Shown: one piece after another, positions 26,901 through 36,013 of the stretch | How positions within the stretch are numbered: the stretch's first letter is position 1 | How the letters are laid out: each line of letters opens with the position of its first letter | Virus record (IMG/VR): IMGVR_UViG_3300024346_000005 | Length of the DNA: 64,000 nucleotides | Source of the DNA: a virus | Taxonomy: Duplodnaviria > Caudoviricetes | Direction: 5' to 3' (one strand) | Position numbers and translations under genes: made by a program | The notes under the pieces: model-generated | Seen by the model: only the letters and a program-made list of their open reading frames with translations | What the model was told of the DNA's origin: nothing | The model's database searches: none

Positions 26901-29900
26901 ACTTTAGATTTTAGGCCAAGAGTTTCTATTTTTACCTCAGATAGTTCTTCTCCATTTGATTTTGCATCAAGAACTTTAAGTCCAACACGAATTTTATCAC
27001 CAAATGAAAGTTCATTGCTTGGTTATGATTATTACTTAGCTAGAATTGACAAACTATATCTTGATAGAAATAAAAATTTCATCCTAGAAAAAGGAATATC
27101 CTCAAATACCCCTAAGGCACCGGATAAAAATGATGCTGTAATGGAAATTGCAACCATAAAACTTCCACCATATCTTTACAATCCTGCAAATGCTGTGGTG
27201 ACCTTGAAGGACAATAGAAGATATACTATGAGAGATATTGGACTAATTGAAGATAGGGTAGAAAACTTAGAGAGGGTTACTTCACTGTCTTTACTAGAAG
27301 TAAATACTCAGACTTTGCAGATTCAAGATGCTGATGGTAATAATAGATTTAAGAGTGGATTTTTTGTAGATGATTTTAAAAATTATTCTTTTATTAACAG
27401 GGGATTATCTTCCATTAGAGTTAATACATCTACAAATGAAATAACACCTGTTATTAGTAGAAATTCACTAAAATCGCAAATTGCACCAGAGTCTGCAATT
27501 ACTGATGAAAATTTAGATTTTTCAGAAAATTTTAAGTTACTAGATCCAAATGTAGTAAAAACAGGAAAAGCAGTAACTTTAAAGTACGAATCTATTGGAT
27601 GGATAGAACAAGCTTTTGCAACGACAGTTGAAAATGTAAATCCATTTAATGTAATTGTTTATAGTGGTGATATTAAATTAAGTCCAGAAATTGACAACTG
27701 GGTGAGAACAATTCAACTTCCAGATAAAAATATTAGCATAACATTAAACTCTAGCAGAACTCTTACTAATAATTTAACAAGTAATGTTTCCGTTACTCTG
27801 ACACCAATTAATACTCAAACAAGTGACACAGTTAATCTTCCTGATATTTTTGGGGAAGGTAATTTTACTACAACTGTTGGTAGTGACCAAACTCAAACTT
27901 CATCAACTGCTACAAATACTACTTCCAATACTGCAACAACTGAAAACTTTGATACGGTAAGTAATACTGATACGACAATAAGAAATGTATTAATATCTTC
28001 ATCTAGCGAATCATTTATGAGATCCAGAAATATTCAATTTTCTGTATCTAATATCAAACCATCTACACAATTTTATCAGTTCCTTGACGGAAATAGTGGA
28101 GTTGATTTTATTCCAAAATTAATCGAAATATCAAACCCATCTAAAGCGTTTGTAGTTGGAGAAACTGTTATTGGAACATCTGGGGGTAATAATTTAATTT
28201 CATTTAGAGTTGCAGCACCAAATCACAAATATGGTCCATATAATGCACCATCTACTACTTATACAATTAACCCATATATTAGAACTGAATCTATAGCATC
28301 AGGATATAGTCAATCATCAAAAGTTTTGAATGTTGATACGGTTTCACTATCAGAAGAAGCTCAAGGAAAGTATTCTGGATATTTACTTAGAGGTATGCAA
28401 TTGGTTGGTCAGACTAGTGGATCTGTGGCAACCGTAAGTGACTTAAGACTTATTTCTGATAATTTTGGAGATTTGATTGGAACGTTCTTTTTAAGAGATC
28501 CAAATACAGTCCCAACTCCAACTGTAAGAATTTCTACTGGAACTAAAACATTTAAGTTGAGTTCAAGTTCAACAAACGATCCAGGTCTTCCAGGAAGTTC
28601 GGACACTTCAGTTGCTGAAACAAATTTTAATTCTGATGGTACTCTTGAACAGTGGGAAAATACTGTTACGGCAACTACGAAAAATCTAACGACAAAAACA
28701 GTAACTAACTTAACAACAAATACAACACAATCAGTTACAACAATAAACACTCATACTAGAACAACTATCCAGAGATTCGTAGACCCTCTTGCACAATCTT
28801 TTGTTGTTGGTGGAAATATAGAGGCTCCAGATTCTTCTAGAGAAGGATTGGCAACTGATGATTCTAATGGTGCCTTTTTAACTGCCGTTGATTTATTCTT
28901 TGCCAAAAAAGATAGTGGAAATGCTACAGTAAAGGTTGAAATAAGAACTGTAGAACTGGGAACACCCACAAGGATTGTTATTGGAAATTCGGTTACATTA
29001 AGACCAAGTGAAGTAAATATTTCTTCAGATGCTTCAGTTGCAACTAAGGTTACTTTTGATGAACCAATTTACCTACCACCAGGAAGAGAGTATGCTGTCG
29101 TAATTATTTCAGAAAATAGTGATCAGTATGAGATGTGGACTGCAGTTATGGGTGAAAAAACTGTCAATACCAAAAATCTCCCAGATGTAAATGCCGTAAC
29201 CTACTCAAAGCAATTTGCGATGGGAAGTCTGTTCAAATCTCAAAACGGATCTATATGGACAGCAAATCAATATCAGGACCTCAAATTTAAACTTTATAAA
29301 GCACAATTTATTGAAAATCAACCAGGAACTGCATTTTTCTATAATCCAACATTAGATGAAAGTAATGGATATGTTCAGAGATTAGGAAACAATCCGCTAA
29401 CAACATTACCAAAAACACTTACTCTTGGAATTACTACAATAACCAATGCATCATTGATTTCTGATTTATCCAAAGGTAGAAAGGTTGCTGGATCACAACC
29501 TTATGTCTATGGATATGTAGTTGGAACAGGAAGTTCGGTAGCAACAGTAGGATTAACTACGGGAGGAAGTAATTATGTTACAGATTCTAATGTAAGCACT
29601 TATAATATTACTGGAAATGGTTCTGGACTTGTTTTAAGTATTACAGCAACTTCGGGAACAATTTCCGGAACCCCAATAATTGTAAATCCCGGAAATGGAT
29701 ATGCGGTAGGGGATGTTGTTGGTATTGTAACTTCTACAGTAGGCACCGGAACTTCCGTGCGTGGGCGTGATGCAAAAATTACAGTAACTGGAAACAATAA
29801 TAGTATTGATACTTTATACCTTTCCGGAGTTCAGGGTAATACTTTTACAGTTGGTGCCGGACTAAGTTACTATAATAATTCCAATACAATAGTTTCTCTT

Positions 29901-31295
29901 GCAAGTACTACAATTAGAAATTCTGCACCTTCAACTGATCAATATTCTGGAAATTTCATAAGAGTAGAACATTTTGACCACGGAATGTATGGAAATACAA
30001 ATAAACTTAGAATTTATAATACAGAATCTAGTACCGCACCAGTTGTAATTACTTCACCAATAACTTCAACGTCAACAACAATTGCTATCGGAGATACTTC
30101 AAACTTTGGAACTTTTGAAGGAGTTTCTGTAAGTGGATCTAATCCTGGATATGTAAAAATTGGAAATGAAATAATTAAATATCAGTCTATTGGTAGTGGA
30201 TTCTTAGGTACTATTACTAGGGGTATTGATTCTACCATTCCAATTGATTATAATATCAATACTTTAATATACAAGTACGAACTGAATGGTGTTTCTTTAA
30301 GAAGAATTAATAAAACTCATGACATCGATGATTTAGATATCGGACTAGATGGATATTATCTCCAAATTGATAGAACCGCAAATGGAGAAAATAGAAGTAC
30401 TGATGGATTTATCGGTGCAAATGCCGCAAATGCGCCACAACTGCAATTTACCTCAGAAGCAACTTTAGGAGGTTCTAAAGTTCTGGCTACAGAAAATATC
30501 CTTTACAGCTCTGTAGTACCAACATACGACATCATTACTCCAGGATCTTCCACATCGGTTTCGGCTGTGATTAGATCTGTTTCTGGAACAAGCGCAAGTG
30601 GAAGTGAGATTTCATTCTTAGATAATGGATTTGAACCAATTCAGTTGAATTCATTAAATACGTTAAAATCTATGAGACTTGTATGTTCTAAAGAAAATGA
30701 AACTGAATATCTTAATAATTTACCAAGAAATAAATCATTTACTACAGGAATAACTTTAAGTACAACAGATTCTAATTTATCACCCATAATATTCTTAGAT
30801 ACTGCATTTACTGAGTTTATTTCCAATCGTTTGAACAGTCCAGTTTCTGATTATGCATCTGATGGTAGATCTAATTCTATATTGGATGATCCACACGCAG
30901 TAGTGTATGTTTCAAGATCAGTAAATTTGGTGCAACCAGCAACTTCTCTTAAAGTTATTTTATCTGCATATCGTCATGAATCTGCCGATTTTAGAGTTTT
31001 GTATAGTCTGTTTAGGCCGGACTCTTCCGAAGTTGAACAATCATTTGAACTATTCCCCGGTTATGATAATCTTAAGTCTACGGCATCCGGACTTTCGGTA
31101 GTTGATTCTTCTCTCAATAATGGAAAACCCGATTCTTTTGTAAGTTCTAGTTTAGACAATCAATTTAAAGAATATGAATTTACTGCAGATAATCTTGGAT
31201 TATTTAATGGATATGTAATCAAAATCGTAATGTCTGGAACTAATCAGGCATATCCACCAAGAATAAAAGAACTTAGGACGATTGCCGTAAGATGA
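23925..31295 (+). CDS. Large virion structural protein (DUF4815/VrlC-like, 2456 aa)
   Basis: N-terminus NISPYYDDFD...LFKPGYPIQARELTTLQSILQ; DPLAQSF and QDLKFKLYKAQF motifs. Confidence 0.8.
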   Translation: MTQKTDLNISPYYDDFDSERNFYKVLFKPGYPIQARELTTLQSILQDQVKSFGSHIFKEGSVVIPGNIAYDGNFNSVKLNPTNFGVDISLYINNFIGKKITGQISGTTAIIQFVSLPDGENVEDLTIYVKYLDSDNNFQFNPFEDGESLIAEENITYGNTTINAGTPFASLIALNATSVGSSASIGDGVYFIRGYFVNVSKQTIILDNYTNTPSYRVGLKIDELILSAGDDSSLYDPSKGFTNYAAPGADRFKIDLTLTKKLISDLNDTDFVELLRVENGKIKIIEQKSQYNIIKDYMAERTYDESGDYTVEPFNVSVNNSLNDRLGNNGLFFNTETTEQKNSPSENLMCLKISPGKAYVRGYDIEKISTTIIDIDKPRDTARVDNVNVPFEMGNVLRVNTVSGTPKQKLTIDLLDQFVGSGTTIGNARVYNFSLTDASYTNNATNWNLYLYDIQTYTTVGLNTSVTSVELPATSFVKGKSSGASGFAVSAGGASSTINLRQTSGTFSVGEQLIINGIDFPRTIRTVTAYSTEDIKSVKQTTTVSGLSTNFTANCFLERFRLPNGVSQGTISGGNTLVSPGKFFTGVKVGSIIRYQTTTGDESFNRVTAVPSSGTSLTIAGITTVSGVFDGAVANGTYSNILMGAPVIRNENSGFLYAQLPDPNVSSVNLSDSSLTISEQITGQGTNGSGVLEFNTSAISGISSVFFESFDQERYSIHYSGGGIGTITSDQFVLSGNTVTISGLSASQSNVVVNTTLVKNGIQSKVKTYNRSQPLNVTRSKYPQSGTGISSSIGDGLTYNQFYGLRVQDEEISLNYPDVVKIISVYESFDSSAPTLDRIQFGASANVSTNAIIGENIIGNNSKAVARVVSSPSTNILGVVYLNSERFTDSETVTFEESNITTEIEAITPGKYKDITNSYRLDKGQKDQYYDYSRIVRNKGTTEPSKQLLVVFDYYSVPSNDGGDVFTVLSYDKERFTHDVPFIGPRSVRSSDTLDFRPRVSIFTSDSSSPFDFASRTLSPTRILSPNESSLLGYDYYLARIDKLYLDRNKNFILEKGISSNTPKAPDKNDAVMEIATIKLPPYLYNPANAVVTLKDNRRYTMRDIGLIEDRVENLERVTSLSLLEVNTQTLQIQDADGNNRFKSGFFVDDFKNYSFINRGLSSIRVNTSTNEITPVISRNSLKSQIAPESAITDENLDFSENFKLLDPNVVKTGKAVTLKYESIGWIEQAFATTVENVNPFNVIVYSGDIKLSPEIDNWVRTIQLPDKNISITLNSSRTLTNNLTSNVSVTLTPINTQTSDTVNLPDIFGEGNFTTTVGSDQTQTSSTATNTTSNTATTENFDTVSNTDTTIRNVLISSSSESFMRSRNIQFSVSNIKPSTQFYQFLDGNSGVDFIPKLIEISNPSKAFVVGETVIGTSGGNNLISFRVAAPNHKYGPYNAPSTTYTINPYIRTESIASGYSQSSKVLNVDTVSLSEEAQGKYSGYLLRGMQLVGQTSGSVATVSDLRLISDNFGDLIGTFFLRDPNTVPTPTVRISTGTKTFKLSSSSTNDPGLPGSSDTSVAETNFNSDGTLEQWENTVTATTKNLTTKTVTNLTTNTTQSVTTINTHTRTTIQRFVDPLAQSFVVGGNIEAPDSSREGLATDDSNGAFLTAVDLFFAKKDSGNATVKVEIRTVELGTPTRIVIGNSVTLRPSEVNISSDASVATKVTFDEPIYLPPGREYAVVIISENSDQYEMWTAVMGEKTVNTKNLPDVNAVTYSKQFAMGSLFKSQNGSIWTANQYQDLKFKLYKAQFIENQPGTAFFYNPTLDESNGYVQRLGNNPLTTLPKTLTLGITTITNASLISDLSKGRKVAGSQPYVYGYVVGTGSSVATVGLTTGGSNYVTDSNVSTYNITGNGSGLVLSITATSGTISGTPIIVNPGNGYAVGDVVGIVTSTVGTGTSVRGRDAKITVTGNNNSIDTLYLSGVQGNTFTVGAGLSYYNNSNTIVSLASTTIRNSAPSTDQYSGNFIRVEHFDHGMYGNTNKLRIYNTESSTAPVVITSPITSTSTTIAIGDTSNFGTFEGVSVSGSNPGYVKIGNEIIKYQSIGSGFLGTITRGIDSTIPIDYNINTLIYKYELNGVSLRRINKTHDIDDLDIGLDGYYLQIDRTANGENRSTDGFIGANAANAPQLQFTSEATLGGSKVLATENILYSSVVPTYDIITPGSSTSVSAVIRSVSGTSASGSEISFLDNGFEPIQLNSLNTLKSMRLVCSKENETEYLNNLPRNKSFTTGITLSTTDSNLSPIIFLDTAFTEFISNRLNSPVSDYASDGRSNSILDDPHAVVYVSRSVNLVQPATSLKVILSAYRHESADFRVLYSLFRPDSSEVEQSFELFPGYDNLKSTASGLSVVDSSLNNGKPDSFVSSSLDNQFKEYEFTADNLGLFNGYVIKIVMSGTNQAYPPRIKELRTIAVR

Positions 31296-31492
31296 TTAGG
31301 GTGAAGGGGCATACAAATCTTTATAGAGATGAAAATAGTGGAGCTATTGTAAATTGCGATTCTACGGCATATAATCAATATCTTAATATAATTAATAATA
31401 AAGAATCTCAAAAAAAAGAATTAGATACGATTAAACAAGATATTAATGAAATTAAATCACTATTAAAGGAGTTATTAAATGGATCCAAATGA
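31292..31492 (+). CDS. Small hypothetical protein with C-terminal coiled coil (66 aa)
   Basis: ATGA overlap with the upstream gene; LYRDENSGAIVN motif. Confidence 0.75.
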   Translation: MIRVKGHTNLYRDENSGAIVNCDSTAYNQYLNIINNKESQKKELDTIKQDINEIKSLLKELLNGSK

Positions 31493-31649
31493 AATTAAAT
31501 TGCAGTCAGTCAATAAGTTATTCGAATATGAAAAACACTGTAGAATTATTGATGAATTGAGTTCTGAACAATTGAAAAATTTCTCAAAACTTTACTGCAA
31601 ATTATATTTAAAACAGCAAGAAACTTTAGCAACTATGAGTAAGATATAA
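31479..31649 (+). CDS. NblA-like small helical protein (56 aa)
   Basis: SD AAAGGAG 31465-31471; MDPNEIKLQSVNKLFEYEKHCRIIDELSSEQLKNFSKLYCKLYLKQQETLATMSKI; LSSEQLKNF resembles NblA MSxxQAKxF. Confidence 0.55.
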   Translation: MDPNEIKLQSVNKLFEYEKHCRIIDELSSEQLKNFSKLYCKLYLKQQETLATMSKI

Positions 31650-31675
31650 ATAAATTGTAGATCTAAAAAAGATAG

Positions 31676-32020
31676 ATGGCAGCAGTATACGTAAATAATC
31701 TAGTCATCAATTCTGGTTCCCATTTTAGTCAGACTTTTACTTTAGAAGGATCTGATAGCAATTCTCCATTAAATTTGAACAATTATGAAGTTGATGCCCA
31801 GATGAGAAAGTGGTCTGGGAGTTCTTCGGCAATAAATTTTTCGACAAGTATAATCGCACCTTCTACCTCAGGGAAAATATCTATAGGATTAACATCTGGA
31901 CAAACTGTAGATTTAAAATCGGGAAGATATATTTATGATATTTTAATTATCGATCCATATGGGATAAAAAATAGAGTTATTGAGGGAATGGTTCTTGTAA
32001 GAGAGGGAGCAACTAGGTAA
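31676..32020 (+). CDS. Putative virion structural protein (114 aa)
   Basis: Late promoter 31645; GRYIYDILI...RVIEGMVLVREGATR adaptor-type motif. Confidence 0.7.
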   Translation: MAAVYVNNLVINSGSHFSQTFTLEGSDSNSPLNLNNYEVDAQMRKWSGSSSAINFSTSIIAPSTSGKISIGLTSGQTVDLKSGRYIYDILIIDPYGIKNRVIEGMVLVREGATR

Positions 32021-32484
32021 TGTCTGACATCAAAGTAAGAGTAGGACAACAAAATGCAGTTAAAGTTATATCTAGTATTTCTGGAGCTGCTGGCGGATCT
32101 GCCATTACTGCTATTACTGCCGAAAATGTTATTGGTGGAATTGCTTCCGTAACTTCTCTCCACGTTTCCGGTATCTCTACTTTCGTAGGTGTAAGTACCT
32201 TTAATAATGATGTATATATTAATGGCGATCTTTATGTTAGAGATGATTTATTATTTGATGAATTTACTGCTCGGAATGCAAATATTACCGGAATCCTTAC
32301 AGTAGGTCAATCAATTTATTATCCGTTAGGACAACCTTATGGTGTTGCATATTTTGATCCTAATGACCGATTAGTTTCTACCGGAACTACTTCATCGGCA
32401 ATATCAGAAACTAACTATATACTTACAACTGACAATTCAGGAATACCAACCTGGTCCAGTGTTATAGATGGAGGAACCTATTAG
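32020..32484 (+). CDS. Putative fibre/structural protein (154 aa)
   Basis: VSGISTFVGVSTF fibre-type repeats; ends IDGGTY. Confidence 0.65.
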   Translation: MSDIKVRVGQQNAVKVISSISGAAGGSAITAITAENVIGGIASVTSLHVSGISTFVGVSTFNNDVYINGDLYVRDDLLFDEFTARNANITGILTVGQSIYYPLGQPYGVAYFDPNDRLVSTGTTSSAISETNYILTTDNSGIPTWSSVIDGGTY

Positions 32485-33329
32485 TGTCTAAACCAGCAAG
32501 TAGACAAGAACTCGTAGACTATTGCCTAAGACGCCTAGGTGCCCCTGTACTGGAGATTAACCTTGCCGACGACCAAATAGATGATTTAGTAGATGATGCC
32601 CTACAGTACTTCCAGGAGAGGCACTTTGATGGCGTAGAAAGAATGTATTTGAAATATCAATTTACTCAAGATGATATTAATAGAGGAACCGCATCAAAAG
32701 GAAGTGGAGTTGGATTAGTAACTACAACAGGAACATCAACAAATATATCAGGTCTTGGAACAATTACTTCCAACTTTTATGAAACATCCAATTTTATTCA
32801 GGTTCCGGATTCTGTAATTGGAATAGAAAAAGTTTTTAAATTTGATGCTAGTTCTATCTCTAGAGGTATGTTTAGCATTAAATATCAACTATTCTTAAAT
32901 GATTTATACTATTTCAATTCAATTGATTTATTACAATATTCGATGGTAAAAAGTTACCTTGAGGATATTGATTTTCTTTTGAGTACTGATAAGCAGATAA
33001 GATTTAATAAAAGACAGAATAGAATGTATCTCGATATTGACTGGGGATCTCAACAAGTTGGAACTTTCCTAATAATTGATTGTTACAGAATTTTAGATCC
33101 AAATACTTTTACTGACGTTTACAATGACAGTTTTTTAAAGAAATATCTAACTTCACTTATGAAAAAACAGTGGGGTCAGAACCTAATTAAATTCAGAGGA
33201 GTTAAATTACCGGGTGGAATTGAACTGAATGGTAGAGAACTTTATGAAGATGCTGAAAGAGAGTTGGAAGATATAAAACAAAGAATGGTACTTGAATATG
33301 AACTTCCACCTTACGATTTTATTGGATAA
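32484..33329 (+). CDS. gp13: Neck protein gp13
   Basis: LVDYCLRRLGAPVLEINL...LKKYLTSLMKKQWGQNL. Confidence 0.9.
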   Translation: MSKPASRQELVDYCLRRLGAPVLEINLADDQIDDLVDDALQYFQERHFDGVERMYLKYQFTQDDINRGTASKGSGVGLVTTTGTSTNISGLGTITSNFYETSNFIQVPDSVIGIEKVFKFDASSISRGMFSIKYQLFLNDLYYFNSIDLLQYSMVKSYLEDIDFLLSTDKQIRFNKRQNRMYLDIDWGSQQVGTFLIIDCYRILDPNTFTDVYNDSFLKKYLTSLMKKQWGQNLIKFRGVKLPGGIELNGRELYEDAERELEDIKQRMVLEYELPPYDFIG

Positions 33330-33331
33330 TA

Positions 33332-34723
33332 ATGGCACTAAATCCCTTTTTTCTTCAAGGTTCACCAAATGAGCAAAGACTTGTTCAGGAATTAATCAAC
33401 GAGCAGTTGAGAATTTATGGTGTAGAAGTAATTTATATTCCTAGAAAATTTGTGAGAAGAGAAACTATACTTAGAGAGGTTTCTTCATCCAAATTCGATG
33501 ATAATTTTGCACTAGAAGCATACATAAGCAATTATGAAGGATATAGTGGACAGGGAGATATTCTTACCAAGTTTGGAATGAGTTTGAAGGATGATTTGAG
33601 TCTAATCATATCCAAGGAAAGATACGAAGACTTTATTGCACCTTTTCTTGAGGGTGATAACGATGAAGAAATTGTTTTATCTTCAAGACCCAGAGAAGGA
33701 GATTTAATATACTTCCCACTAGGTCAAAGACTATTTGAAGTTAAATTTGTAGAGCACGAGCAACCATTTTACCAGTTAGGTAAATTATATGTTTACGAAC
33801 TAAAATGTGAACTATTCGAATATGGGGATGAAGTTATTGATACATCTATCGATGAAATTGATACTCAAATTGAAGATGAAGGATATATAACCACACTAAA
33901 TTTGATTGGACTTGGAAGAACTGCTACTGCAACAGCAGGAATTGGAAGTGGTTATATTAGGCAGATAACATTGAATAATGATGGATATGGTTATACTTCT
34001 CCACCAGTAGTAAGCATATCCTCGGCACCTTTTGGGGGGACAAATGCAGTTGGAGAAGCAATTACAGAACTGAAATCCGGTATTTATTCAATTAAACAAA
34101 TAGTATTAAAAAATGCCGGGGCAGGTTATACTTCTGCTCCAATCATTACAATTACGGGTAATGGAAGCGGAGCGGCAGCTACTTGTGGAATTGAAACCTC
34201 ACAGTCTGGGGTCATATCTATAACTCTTACAGATAATGGTGTTGGGTATTCGACTGCACCTCTTGTGACTATTGTTGGAAGTGTTGGTTCCGGAGTAACT
34301 GCAACGGTAATATCGTCGGTCGTTGGTACTGCTCAGAGTGTATCTTCTATAAAAATTGCAAATACTGGAATAGGATACACTATTGCCCCTCAAGTTATCA
34401 TTAATGGACCTCCAATTCTAACTGGAATTGGGACCTATCTCTTTAATGAAATTGTAACCGGATCTAGGTCTGGCACAACAGCAAGAGTTAAATCTTGGGA
34501 TTTTGATACAAAAATTCTTAAGATTTCTTTTGTCAATAATGTAACACCTAATGGATTTTTCCCAGGAGAAACAATTGTGGGATCAATTTCTAGTGCTAGA
34601 TATTCCGTAAACGATTATAATAATTGGAATCCTTACGATAAATATGGAGATAATTTGCAGATTCAGACTGAAGCAGAATCTATTTTAGATTTTTCAGAAT
34701 CAAATCCATTTGGTTCTTATTGA
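33332..34723 (+). CDS. gp14: Neck protein gp14 with internal beta-repeat insertion
   Basis: EQRLVQELINEQLRIYG...FYQLGKLYVYELKCELFEY; four GxGY(T/S)xxPxVxI repeats. Confidence 0.88.
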   Translation: MALNPFFLQGSPNEQRLVQELINEQLRIYGVEVIYIPRKFVRRETILREVSSSKFDDNFALEAYISNYEGYSGQGDILTKFGMSLKDDLSLIISKERYEDFIAPFLEGDNDEEIVLSSRPREGDLIYFPLGQRLFEVKFVEHEQPFYQLGKLYVYELKCELFEYGDEVIDTSIDEIDTQIEDEGYITTLNLIGLGRTATATAGIGSGYIRQITLNNDGYGYTSPPVVSISSAPFGGTNAVGEAITELKSGIYSIKQIVLKNAGAGYTSAPIITITGNGSGAAATCGIETSQSGVISITLTDNGVGYSTAPLVTIVGSVGSGVTATVISSVVGTAQSVSSIKIANTGIGYTIAPQVIINGPPILTGIGTYLFNEIVTGSRSGTTARVKSWDFDTKILKISFVNNVTPNGFFPGETIVGSISSARYSVNDYNNWNPYDKYGDNLQIQTEAESILDFSESNPFGSY

Positions 34724-34771
34724 TACTATAAATATATAATACGATAATGATTGGATAATCGGGTATAGAAA

Positions 34772-35572
34772 ATGCTAGGAACCTATTTTTATCACCAAAT
34801 TATTAGAAAGACTGTTACTGCATTTGGAACTCTTTTTAATGACATTTATATTGAGCATAAAAATTCATCTGATGTAGGAATCAGTCAGATGAAGGTTCCT
34901 CTTGGATATGGACCGATGCAAAAGTTTCTGGCCAGAATTGAACAACAATCTGAATTGAACAAACCAATTCAGATTACTCTTCCCAGAATATCATTTGAAA
35001 TGACTTCTATTCAGTATGATTCTACAAGAAAGGCAAATGTAACTCAAACATTCAAAACTTGTGGTAATGGTGATACTGTAAAGAAGGTTTATATGCCAGT
35101 TCCATATAATATTGGGTTTCAATTAAATATTATGACTAAGTTGCAAGATGATGCTCTGCAGATAGTAGAACAGATTCTTCCAAGTTTTCAACCATCATTC
35201 AATCTAACAGTAGATTTGGTAGATTCTATCGGAGAAAAAAGAGATATTCCCGTGGTTTTAGATAGTGTATCTTTTACCGATGATTATGAAGGAGATTATT
35301 CAACTCGGAGAACCCTAATATATACTTTAAATTTTACTGCTAAAACTTATCTGTTCGGACCAATTTCTGATAGTACAGATGGTCTTATTCGTAAGGTTCA
35401 GGTTGATATGTATACGAGTACCGATACTACAACTGCTAAGAGAGAAATGAGATATACTCTTGTTCCAGACCCGATTGACGCAGGTCCGGATGATAATTTT
35501 GGATTTAATGAAACTTGGGAAACATATAGTGATGCTAGAACTTATAGTCCAACTCAACAAAGTGATATTTGA
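34772..35572 (+). CDS. gp15: Tail sheath stabiliser/terminator gp15
   Basis: YFYHQIIRKTVTAFGTLFN...LPRISFEM...EQILPSFQP. Confidence 0.92.
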   Translation: MLGTYFYHQIIRKTVTAFGTLFNDIYIEHKNSSDVGISQMKVPLGYGPMQKFLARIEQQSELNKPIQITLPRISFEMTSIQYDSTRKANVTQTFKTCGNGDTVKKVYMPVPYNIGFQLNIMTKLQDDALQIVEQILPSFQPSFNLTVDLVDSIGEKRDIPVVLDSVSFTDDYEGDYSTRRTLIYTLNFTAKTYLFGPISDSTDGLIRKVQVDMYTSTDTTTAKREMRYTLVPDPIDAGPDDNFGFNETWETYSDARTYSPTQQSDI

Positions 35573-35578
35573 TATATT

Positions 35579-36001
35579 ATGAAAAATAATTATGAAGATT
35601 TGGATAAAGCTCTGAACATAGAAAGTAGTATTATTGAGGTAGAAAAGTCTATTACACCAATTGATATTATTCCTACACAGAATAATGATATAAAAAAAGA
35701 TTATGAATATACAAGAGCAAATCTATATTCACTAATTGAGAAAGGTCAGGAAGCCATTAATGGAATTATGGAACTTGCCGGTGATGGTGGAAGTCCAAGA
35801 GCATACGAGGTGGCGGGGCAACTTATTAAGAGTGTGGCGGATACAACTGATAAATTAATAGATCTTCAGAAGAAATTGAAAGATGTTCAGGAGGATAATA
35901 CTAAAATTGCCAATAATGTTACAAATAATGCCGTGTTCGTTGGATCTACTTCGGAGTTGTCAAAATTACTGAAGCAAGGTTTTCTAAATAATAAAGAATA
36001 A
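35579..36001 (+). CDS. gp16: Terminase small subunit gp16
   Basis: DYEYTRANLYSLIEKGQEAI...PRAYEVAGQLIK...VFVGST. Confidence 0.9.
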   Translation: MKNNYEDLDKALNIESSIIEVEKSITPIDIIPTQNNDIKKDYEYTRANLYSLIEKGQEAINGIMELAGDGGSPRAYEVAGQLIKSVADTTDKLIDLQKKLKDVQEDNTKIANNVTNNAVFVGSTSELSKLLKQGFLNNKE

Positions 36002-36013
36002 TGTTTTCCTAAA

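Noticed and set aside
10200-31295. Diversity-generating retroelement or invertible segment in the giant structural genes
   Set aside because: No reverse transcriptase, invertase or near-identical template/variable repeat pair was seen; the repeats are protein-level and degenerate.
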